A stretch of DNA of 56,718 nucleotides, taken from assembly GCF_001194135.2 (NCBI RefSeq), contig NC_068988.1:11638582-11695299 (forward strand). The letters run 5' to 3'. The notes under the pieces were generated by a model. The model saw only the letters and a program-made list of their open reading frames with translations. It made no database searches and was not told the DNA's origin. The number at the start of each line of letters is the position of its first letter. Within the stretch, counting starts at the first letter, position 1. The translations under genes were made by a program, and so were the position numbers. This document shows, piece by piece, positions 47,205 through 56,718 of the stretch. This DNA is from Octopus bimaculoides (lineage: Eukaryota).

Positions 47205-47655
47205 TCATTGTTCAGTTTTATTTCAAGGTTTATCAAAAGAGGAAGAGCCGGTTCCTAACGTAGATCTGAGGCTCCTTCATTGGAATTTCAACATCAACAA
47301 CAGGGCATTTTTGTTTATGTATTTGTGTGTTTTGTTTTATGTATGTCTTATCATGCATATATTTGCATATCTAGACATACTCATATATACTTAAATGACA
47401 AACTTCTGGAAAATTTACAGATTTTTACAGTTCCAGTGATGGATTCGATCTGTAGTCTTGAAATCAGCTTTCTCCTTTCTGATTTTGAGAAGCCTAATTT
47501 CTCAAGACTGAAATTTAGGCAGTATCCCAGTACCCCAATAACAGATATAAACTTGAACATGTGATCTGGATAGAGTAGCTGTAGATTCCTCAATAATTCA
47601 TCGTTGATGTTTTCTTTTTCGTTGATCTTTTGTTTTATGTTAGCATCCGCTAGGT
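47205..47655 (-). mobile_element. 3' end of a third RLE-type non-LTR retrotransposon (clade unassigned)
   Basis: LADANIKQKINEKENINDELLRNLQLLYPDHMFKFISVIGVLGYCL..LEKLGF..KLISRLQIESITGTVKICK resembles the RLE terminus (PxD.N...EK..Y..L..IG.LG). 3' UTR runs into a (CATA)n tract. Confidence 0.7.
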
Positions 47656-47661
47656 AGCGTG

Positions 47662-47695
<34 letters not shown>

Positions 47696-48356
47696 CATTT
47701 GTATATATGTGCGTGTCTGTGTTATTGTTTACGTTTATTCCTAAAACTCAGTGATATTTATGCTGTGTTCCTTTATAAGTTCTAACTTAGCGGGTCGATA
47801 AATAGAGTCGGCTATTATTAGTAACAAACTCAAATATGTCTCTGAGATCTGTATGATCGACCAAAACACTCGAAATTAATGTCCCGACATGGCTGAAGTC
47901 GAGTAACTGAAACGAATTAAATTAGAACTTCACATCAAGATTGATTTCGTCATTCATACTGGCTACCTGACTGCAATAACGTTAATTAATTTATTGATTA
48001 CGTGGAACGTTCTAGAAATTTAACCTCTTACATTGCCGAAGGAAATTATTGTTTCTTAAGAGTAGAGTCGAAGATGACCAATAAATTAGATTGAAGTTTG
48101 TGTGATTAAACACTCCTAATTGTATGTGTGTATCACCTTTAAAAGTGCTTAATTGGTGCTGTGGTTACGGCGTTGAATAGAATTATATTCGGTTCGTGTT
48201 CCTAGAATGCTTGTTCGAATATCACGAACGTTCACCTTGTCATTCTGTCGTGGCCTGATCGAGTACCAGTTGAGTCACTGAGGTCGATCGTTCGTTCTCC
48301 TGTTTTAGAACATGTAGAGACGACGATATGAGGCTATGTAAGAAATACGTAAACGA

Positions 48357-48587
48357 GGCGGCGAGCTGGCAGAATCGTTAGCACGTCGGGCGACATGCTT
48401 ATTGGTATTTTATCTGCCGTTACGTTCTGAGTTCAAATTCCACCGAGGTCGACTTTGCCTTTCATCCTTTTGGTGTCGATAAATTAAGTACCAGTTACGC
48501 ACTGGCGTCAATGTAATTGACTTAATCCCTTTTTCTATCCTTGTTTGTCCCCTCTATGTTTAGCCCCTTGTGGACAATAAAGAAATA
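48357..48587 (+). mobile_element. SINE family A, full length
   Basis: Near-consensus from head to tail (..GTGGACAATAAAGAAATA). Confidence 0.95.
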
Positions 48588-48859
48588 TGTAAATGATAAA
48601 ATAAAAAACTGGAGGAAAACATTATTATTTTTTTACTGATTTCAGTCATTGGAGTTTAGTCGTGCTGGATTATAAACTTACATGATTTAAACGATCATAT
48701 TGGCAACCAGGGACTATTTTCAAATTGGTATTTATTATATTAATCACTGTTTGTCGAACTTCTAACTTACGAAACAAACGTACAAATGGACATACGGAGA
48801 CAAACACACATACACCCGCACACACATATTACATAACTTGAATCTTTAACATAATAATC

Positions 48860-48995
48860 CTTTCTACTGAAAGTTCAATACCTCAAATCTGGGGGAAAGG
48901 ATTAAGTCGAATACATCGACCCCAGTGCGTACCTGTTACTTACTTAATCGACCCCGAAAGGATGAAAATCAAAGTAGACCCCGGTGGAATAATTT
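48860..48995 (-). mobile_element. SINE family A, 3' part
   Basis: AAGTCGAATACATCGACCCCAGTGCGTA..CCCCGAAAGGATGAAA. Confidence 0.85.
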
Positions 48996-49039
48996 TTAAT
49001 ATAATAATATAAGGTTCAAATATTATGCTTTAACATAAG

Positions 49040-49258
49040 ATAGCAAGCTTGCAGAATCGTTAGCATGCCGGAAAAAGTGCTTGGCGCCATTTCGTCCGTC
49101 TTTATATTCTGGGTGCAAATGTCCCTGGGGTCGACTTTGCCTATCATTCTTTCGGGGGTCGATAAATTAAGTGCCAGCTGAGCACCGAGATCGATGTAAT
49201 CGGCTAGTCCTCCACCACCGACGAAATTGCTGACATTGTGCCAAAATTTGAAACCAAT
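49040..49258 (+). mobile_element. SINE family A, diverged
   Basis: GCAGAATCGTTAGCATGCCGG..GGTCGACTTTGCC..GTGCCAAAATTTGAAACC. Confidence 0.85.
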
Positions 49259-50224
49259 ATTATGCTTTATGGAACGACGTTCGAGACATAATCTATGTAT
49301 TTAACAAAATTTAACAAGTTCAACCCACTTAACTACAAAACAACATCGTAAACACATACCTTTAAACTTAATAAATGAAACAGAGTTACAAACCTCTGTT
49401 ATATAAATTTACGAACACACACACACATAAATATATATATAGATATATAATTATGATAATAACATTAGGGATAAAAATCTAAATTTACAGGTAAAAACTC
49501 AACTTAATTTAATTTATCAAAAATTAAATTTAAATTAAGTTTCACAGTATATAATATATAAATATATAATTTAGAGAAAAGAACCACATTTCCTGAACTC
49601 ATCCATGAGAATCCAGTCACATATAGAAAAATCTAATAAGTAAATACACGAAAAAGAACTATAGTAAAATACAAAGAAAAAAATTATATATAAATGTTAT
49701 TATCTAATGTGAAATTTCCATGTTTAAATATATCATACTGGCGCTTATTTAATATATATCTTCTTAGTTTATGTCGGTTTTCAAACAATTTTATAAGGTA
49801 ATATTTTGTATTCTCACAAAGAATTTTATTCTGGTTGCGTGTCGAGCGATTCATTACCATAAAACATCTTTTAAATGTGACAAGTACTTGAGATTCTTTT
49901 TAGTTTGTTTAGCACCTCATCTGGATAATTCACACTGGCTCTAATATTACATTTGTAATTGGAAAATGTGATCCGTTAACGAGATAACTATTTCATTATG
50001 GATGTATTTAATTACTTTTTCTAATGAGACAAATTGTTTTGTTCGATTGAGAGGGTTGGTTATTTGTTCTATGTTGTTGTTGTTGTTGCTGTTCTGCTTT
50101 TTTAAAAATTTTTTTGCAATGAAGAAATTGATTTCCAACGTTCCAATTAGTATTACTTGAGTAAAAAAAAAAAAAAATAATGGACAAATATTAGAACAAT
50201 ATGAACGGCATTGCTGTATAGAAA

Positions 50225-50530
50225 CGACTCTCGTTTTTAAACCTCGTAGTTTTAGGTTCAGTCCCACTTCAGGGTACAATGGGCAAGTATTTTCTATTAC
50301 AGCCCCGGGCCGACGAATGCCTTGATTTTGAATTTGCTAAGTGGAATATGTGTGTTTATGTATGGACTTTGTTCCTTCGTCCGCTGTGTAACACTCTCCA
50401 CATCGTAACTTAGCGATTCGGCAAAGGAGTATGATGGAATACGTACTAGGCTTTTTAAAAATAGAATATTGGGGCTGAGCTACATGACTAACCCCTTAAA
50501 GTAAGTGACCAAATACGACCGTTGTTCAGT
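50225..50530 (+). mobile_element. SINE family B, old and degenerate
   Basis: GGTTCAGTCCCACT..GGGCAAGTATTTTCTATTACAGCC..TAACTTAGCGATTCGGCAAAG..GACTGAAAC. Confidence 0.75.
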
Positions 50531-50706
50531 GACTGAAACACATAAAACATAAAAAAATCTAGAATAATAAAATCTGAATTTTCACAAAGAAATCTTAATG
50601 ATTACGAAGCATTATTGTTTTATCATTTTTATGTTTTTTATTATTCTTTTTACATGGTTCTAGTCAATAACTTCTGCCGATAGGGAATTCGACCTAAATA
50701 CATTAG

Positions 50707-50878
50707 AGAATTTAGTTTCATCTCTCAAAATTCATGGATAAAAACTTGTCATGCCTTGCATATATTTCTTATATTTAATATTTAATGCACTTTATTTGGC
50801 CCAGGTTATGTTGTACTGACGATTTCAAAAAAGGATGAAATAGTGCTGTACATAGCTACCTACGGCCGGATATTATTC
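50707..50878 (+). mobile_element. Hammerhead-bearing unit, left arm of an inverted pair
   Basis: Aligns in reverse complement to 51360-51525 upstream of, across and downstream of the ribozyme. Confidence 0.75.
50805..50856 (+). ncRNA. Type I hammerhead ribozyme motif (degenerate stems)
   Basis: guuauguugua-CUGACGA-uuuc aaaaaa ggau-GAAA-uag ug cug-UA-cauagc; core at 50816-22 and 50837-40; GUA triplet at 50848-50. Confidence 0.7.
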
Positions 50879-51260
50879 TTTTACTTGTTTCAGTCATTTG
50901 ACTGCGGCCATGTTGGAGCACCGCCATAAAAGGTTTGAGTCGAACAAACCGACCCCAGTAAGCCTGGTATTTATTCTATCGGTTCTTTAACCGAACCGCT
51001 AAATTACGAGGGCGTAAACACAACAACATCGGTTATCAAGTGATGGTGACGAGGAGACAAACACAGACACAGACACATACATAAATATATATATATACGA
51101 TTGGCTTCTTTCAGTTTCCGTCGACGATATCCATTAATAAGGCTCTGGTCGGCCCGAGGCTATAGTAGAAGATTCTTGCTCAAGGTGCCATACAGTGAGA
51201 CTGAACCCTGATCCATGTGGTTGGGAAGCAAGCTTCTTACCACACAGCCACACCAGCGCT
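50875..51260 (-). mobile_element. SINE family B, full length, inserted between the two hammerhead arms
   Basis: Both halves present; aligns to 29273-29672. Confidence 0.93.
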
Positions 51261-51359
51261 TATATTAAGATTTTTATAACATGAAAGAAAAAAATGTGAG
51301 ATGTATATTCTTTATATGCTCATCAATTTAAGCGCCCAGTTTCGCCCAATTTTATCTAG

Positions 51360-51525
51360 AAATAATACCAGTCGTAGGAAGTTATGTATAGCGCTATTTC
51401 ATCATTGTTTCAACTCGTCAGCATGGCATAAACGAGAGTAATAGATAACAATTAGCAGATAAGATTACGTAAAATAAATGATAGGCTTTTACCTATGAAT
51501 TTTGAGATACGAAACTAAATATTCT
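51360..51525 (-). mobile_element. Hammerhead-bearing unit, right arm of an inverted pair
   Basis: rc AGAATATTTAGTTTCGTATCTCAAAATTCATAGGTAAAAGCCTATCAT vs left arm AGAATTTAGTTTCATCTCTCAAAATTCATGGATAAAAACTTGTCAT. Confidence 0.75.
51381..51433 (-). ncRNA. Type I hammerhead ribozyme motif
   Basis: Minus strand guuuaugccAUG-CUGACGA-guug aaacaa ugau-GAAA-UAG cg CUA-UA-CAUaac. Intact core, perfect palindromic stem III (AUAGCGCUAU), 3-bp proximal stem I, wobble-rich stem II; predicted cut between 51387 and 51386. Confidence 0.78.
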
Positions 51526-52964
51526 TTGCAATAGCATAGCGTCGGGTTACACAAAGTGCATGAACTTCTCTATTCCATTCACCCCGAAAGCCATGATAAT
51601 CTGTAATATACTGGGACAGTTGGATTAATAAGACACAATGATTGGCCTAGTGCCCACATAAAAGGAATCAAGATAAACATTGGGAGCCAGAAATAATGAT
51701 GGTTTATAACCTTTTAAGTGACCAGATCGAGAGGTCGAACTGAAAACTAAAATAAACCGACGCTCAACGTTCCAAAGTAAATCATTTATCGATTGCAATA
51801 CACAGAGTTATGAACTTAATGAGGTGAAAAAACGTTGTTTGGACTTTGAAGTAGTTTTTAGGAGTATTATATTTTATTGGGGCGATGATTATTGCTTGAT
51901 TGTTTGTCTGTTATATAGTTTTTTATTATCTTATCTTTTTTAGATGCATTAAAAATGCAATCATATGAACTATAAAAAGCGCAATGGAGTTGTTAGCTGT
52001 ATCGATTCAAAAAACATGTTCTTTAAAGTAATATATATATATATATATATATGAATGTATGTATGTATGTATGTATGTATGTATATATCAATGTATATAT
52101 CAATGCAGAATCAAATTTTAGAGGAAGGCAGCGAAAACTTTTATAAGTTTAGGTGGTCCGAAAGATCATTTTTTGTTTTATAAAAAAATATGACAAAAAT
52201 GGCTGCTTCTTTTCACAGTTCACCTTTCAAGTTCTTTGAAAGTGCCACATAATGACAAACAGCTGGAGACAAAATTTCAATGTAATTGCTTGACCTTTCT
52301 TTACTGAATTTAGAGTAATTAACTTTCTGAACACCTCCTCAAATACATGCTTCGTTAATCAGAGTATTAACATAATGAACATATTTAATAGCTAATCAAA
52401 CGGCTCATGTCATCTGTTTAATTATTCACATGGATACTTAGAGAAATAAATCCAAATGTAGTAATAAACACACACGTGTGTACACACGTAAACTCATACA
52501 TACACGTTTATATGTTATTCATAATATACATGTGAGCGTGTGTGAGTGTGTGTGTATATATGCGTGTATAAGTATGCGTGTATATTTATATATATATATG
52601 TATGCATACATATATATATGCATATATATATGTATATATATATACATATATATACGTATTCCATGTTATGTATTAACGTATATATATATATATCATATAT
52701 TATAAAGTGCTACATACGCATGTGTATATTTGCACACGCCTGTAGTTGTTTGCATATAAATATACATCTGTATAAATGTGTGTATATGTAGCCATCAACT
52801 CTCTTGGATTATATATATATATATATATATATACCCACACGTATACAATGTTGTATCAAATATTACATAAATTTTATTACAACGTATTATATATATCCGT
52901 CTGCAGTTGTGTGTGTGTCTATGTGTGTGCGTATGTGCATTGGTATTCATGTATGTAAATGTGC

Positions 52965-53001
<37 letters not shown>

Positions 53002-53399
53002 TGTATATGGTGAGTATGGATGTGAATCTAAATTATACATACACATTGATTATAATAATTTTTACGTAATATGTTCCGTGTGTGAAGCTGTGTGTATATA
53101 TTTGTAATAACTGCATATTTCTGTGAGATAGTATGACTTCGAATATTTATAAATCCCAAAAGTCTTATTTATTTTATAGATTCTTTAAAACACAGAAACT
53201 AATAAAATAGGAAAAAAGAGATTTGTATCGGTGAGTCTCAACGGCGTCTCTGGAATCGTTAAGTACAATAAACTAAATTGCCTCAAATCGCACACTACTA
53301 TCTTTAAAATGTTAGATCTTTAATCAAGGATATAGCTTTATTTTTATGAAAAATAATACAATAAAGTATACATTGTTGATTGGTGAAGAAATGCTCAAT

Positions 53400-53950
53400 C
53401 AGGAACAATTTAGAGAAATGGTTTCAGCAATTTTGCGGGAGGAGGTAAATTGATTACATTGACCCTAGTACGCAACTGGTATTTATTTTATTGACCCCGA
53501 GGGGTTAAAAGGTAAAGTGGACCTCGGTGGAATTCGAACTTAGAACGAAAGGACGGTCGAAAAGCAACCAAGCATTTTACTGGACGGCCTAACGATTCTT
53601 ATTTCTTTATTGCCCACAAGGGGCCAAACACAGAGGGGGCACACAAGGACAGACAAAGGGATTAAGTCAATTACGTCGACCCCAGTGCGTAACTGGTACT
53701 TAATTTATCGACCCCGAAAGGATGAAAGGCAAAGTCGACCTCGGCGGATTTTGAACTCAGAACATAACAATAATAGTGACTTCAAAAGTTGGCACAAGAC
53801 CAGCAATTTGAGGAGAGAGATTAAATCGATTATATCGACGCCACTACTTAATTGGTACTTATTTTATCGACCCCGAACGGATGAAAAGCAAAGTCGACGT
53901 TGGAGGAATTTGAGCTCAGAACGAGAAGACGGACGAAATGTTAGAGCACG
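53400..53950 (-). mobile_element. Cluster of three co-oriented SINE family A copies (about 53400-53600, 53600-53760, 53790-53950)
   Basis: GAACT at about 53537, 53753 and 53912, each with the central domain; the middle copy is the youngest. Confidence 0.88.
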
Positions 53951-54619
53951 GTGGTATTAAAAGAGCGTTTATTACAGAGTGATGGAAGTCGATGAGAGTT
54001 GAAAGAAGAAAAGACAATTTCCGTTGTTTAAGAAAATTAAGGGGAATTCCAAATTAGCCAACATTTGTTCATCACCATGACGAAAACAGAATTCTATGGA
54101 TGAAATTCCATTTTCGCCTCTCATCAATAATGCGAAAGGCAAGCTGTTTTACTGTTTTTTTTTTTCTCATTAGCCCTTCTATTTGTCAGTTTATCAATCA
54201 TTTATCTAAAGGTCAAGACCATGCATAGACATTAGCGACGATACAAACAACAAATTCATTGGATATGTTTTTAAACGGAAACTTTCGGAAAAATGATCTT
54301 ATCTTCATGCAGGAATTTACTACAGAGTTATGTATGCGAGACAAAAACCATTCTAATGAATACGGCTAGGACCAATTGTCAAAGGCAGCATATGAATGCC
54401 ATTGAATTAACAAATAGTAAAAGCATTAGACACAAAGCCTTGTCGGCAACAGATGCTTATCGCTTGTACACAACAATCAATTAACTTCTGAAAGCAATTA
54501 CAAACTCCACTCAGATCAGGCCAAGAAAAACCCGACCAGCGCCACGAATACCAAAGTGGGTGACATTAGAGGATGAGAACAAAGTACGAAAACACTCTCC
54601 CAATTAGATAGATAGATAA

Positions 54620-54659
<40 letters not shown>

Positions 54660-54796
54660 ACATGTAAAAATCATACATACATACACACACAAAGATGCTC
54701 GTGCACACACATACACACATATATGAACTAGAGGCAACGCGATGTATTTAAATAATATAGAACACACACATGTGGTTTGGTATATTCTCTTACGAA

Positions 54797-55012
54797 GGCG
54801 GCGAGCTGGCAGAAACGTTAGCACGTTGAGCGAAATGCTTAGTGGTATTTCGTCTGCCGCTACATTCTGAGTTCAAATTCCGCCAAGGTCGACTTTGCCT
54901 TTCGTCGTTTCGGGGTCGATAAATTAAGTGCCAGTTGTGTACTGTGGTCGATCTAATCGACTAGCCCCCTCTCCAAATGTTTCGATCCTTGTGCCTAGAG
55001 TAGAAATGTATA
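54797..55012 (+). mobile_element. SINE family A, full length, alternative tail
   Basis: GGCGGCGAGCTGGCAGAAACG..GAGTTCAAATTCCGCC..CTTGTGCCTAGAGTAGAAA. Confidence 0.93.
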
Positions 55013-55241
55013 TTCTCATACGCCTATAAACACAGCCGATACATAACCTGTATATGTGTTCGATATTGTTTATGTACATACATACATATATATATATACA
55101 TATATATATATACGTAACATATGGTATAACTATAAACAGGGCAAATTTTAGCTATTTCTCCGCAAACTGAATAAAAAAATGATGAACAACCTTAATAGAT
55201 TTTCGAACCTTATTGGGTTCTCGTCATTGACAACCTTCAGA

Positions 55242-55450
55242 GACAATGCTCCAGGATACAAGTCCTTCGTTTCTATGGCTGCTGTTCGTGATTGTGGCTT
55301 TGAACTAGTTGATCCATCCTGCCTATTCTTCTGATTTGGCCTCGTCTGACTATCATCTGTTCCCCAACATGAAAACATACTTCACTGGGAACCAGTATTG
55401 CAGTGGTGATGATGTTGCATCTGTTGTTCATGACGTTTTTTACCAACAAG
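55242..55450 (+). pseudogene. mariner transposase catalytic fragment (D34D)
   Basis: DNAPGYKSFVSMAAVRDCGFELVD(+1 nt)HPAYSSDLASSDYHLFPNMK..; 34 residues between the D of DNAP and the D of SSDY; YSPDLAPSD-like motif. Confidence 0.92.
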
Positions 55451-56718
55451 TTCTGCAATCGATTCGCTCAAGCAAATTCCTCAAGGTAAAAGACGCACCT
55501 ATTCGCTCTGAATATATATANNNNNNNNNNNNNNNNNNNNNNNNNNNNNNNNNNNNNNNNNNNNNNNNNNNNNNNNNNNNNNNNNNNNNNNNNNNNNNNN
55601 NNNNNNNNNNNNNNNNNNNNNNNNNNNNNNNNNNNNNNNNNNNNNNNNNNNNNNNNNNNNNNNNNNNNNNNNNNNNNNNNNNNNNNNNNNNNNNNATATA
55701 TATATAAGGTAGTATTTATCGTTACTTTAACGTGAATGTTCTCTAAGAACTGACGATATTGCTATTTTAACCCCAGGAAGAGATATAGCTTCCAGCTGCT
55801 TATTCAGTGCACTTTCGCACTCGATATTCATTGCAAGCGGGAGAGAACTCCAACCTACCAAGTTCGGAGACCACCAAGTCACGTGATTTCGATCTTATTG
55901 AATCACTTCAGTGGCGGGCACTCGTTTGCCAGGCATGGCATTAATCTGAGCTCGCTTGCAATATATAGGAAATACTGTGTCATACAATTACTGATCCTGT
56001 AACTAGGAAAGTAGTCCGTTAGAAAACCTCTGTTCGAGATAGAACCAGTGTACGAATACACACACATGTATAATCTGAGAGTGAGAGAGCGCGAGAGACA
56101 GCGACAGATAGAGTGAGTGAGTGAGAAAGATAGAGAAGGATTCTCTTTACTTTGATTATTATGTGTATTAGAGGGAGAGAGAGAGAGACAGAGATTGCCT
56201 GTTTCTTAATGAAAGAAATCTAGAAAAATCTAACTTCTCCCTAAGTTCATTTCTCCAAAAAAACTCAACACGACCGAGTACATCGTTAGATATTAGTACA
56301 TTGTTAGTACAGAAGAGAGTATATAACGAGCCTCCACGTATGTTCATATTGACACAAAGCTGCATAAGTATATCATTAAAGTCTACAGATGACAGCTAAG
56401 GTGCTTTCAATGGCCTTAACACAAAATCCATTTACTTTCTGACTACAGCCTCGGTGAGAGGGAGGACAGGGTAAATGAAGGAACAGAAGGTGGAGCACAT
56501 GTAAACATCTCTCAGTACCCCCACCCCCTGACTGTTACAAATAGTCCGGCCCTTAGAGTTACCAGAGCTTCTTCTCCTCTTCCTTTCACCCCTTATCTGC
56601 ACTGTTGTAGTGGATGACTGCTTGGGTTTAAAATTGTTGTTTGTCAATCTAAGCAACGTTGATGGTGTTGGTGGTGGTGGTGGTGGTGGTGGTGGTGGGG
56701 ATGGTTGTGGTGGTGGTG

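Noticed and set aside
47238-47290. Hammerhead-like pattern in the RLE element 3' UTR
   Set aside because: No CUGANGA and no GAAA on the relevant strand; better explained as a GAGCC/GGCTC hairpin.
56449-56618. Open frame after a tttctgactacag acceptor (LGEREDRVNEG..)
   Set aside because: About 56 codons, unrecognised, no independent support; within chance expectation.

Overview
AT-rich, microsatellite-saturated animal DNA with many N gaps. It is almost certainly octopus (inference from its tRNA-derived SINE families), and is intronic or intergenic. I recognise no host gene and no rRNA, real tRNA or CRISPR array; nearly all ORF-track calls are microsatellite artefacts. Contents: about 24 copies or fragments of SINE family A and about 14 of family B (CORE-like segment plus an internal microsatellite), and a rarer nested GC-rich SINE. 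There are three decayed restriction-like-endonuclease non-LTR retrotransposons (R4/Dong-like, Hero-like, one unassigned), Tc1 and mariner transposase relics, Tc1/mariner and hAT MITEs, a foldback element, three minisatellites and a few candidate plus-strand exons including an 18-nt microexon. The main unannotated signal is a set of type I hammerhead ribozyme motifs with palindromic stem III, as in Penelope-like elements. They occur in several distinct small repeats, including an inverted pair at 50.7-51.5 kb with covarying stem III and a 235-bp direct-repeat unit at 18.0-18.3 kb. All copies carry some decay, and activity and novelty cannot be established without tools. Most repeat boundaries are approximate (about 10 bp).
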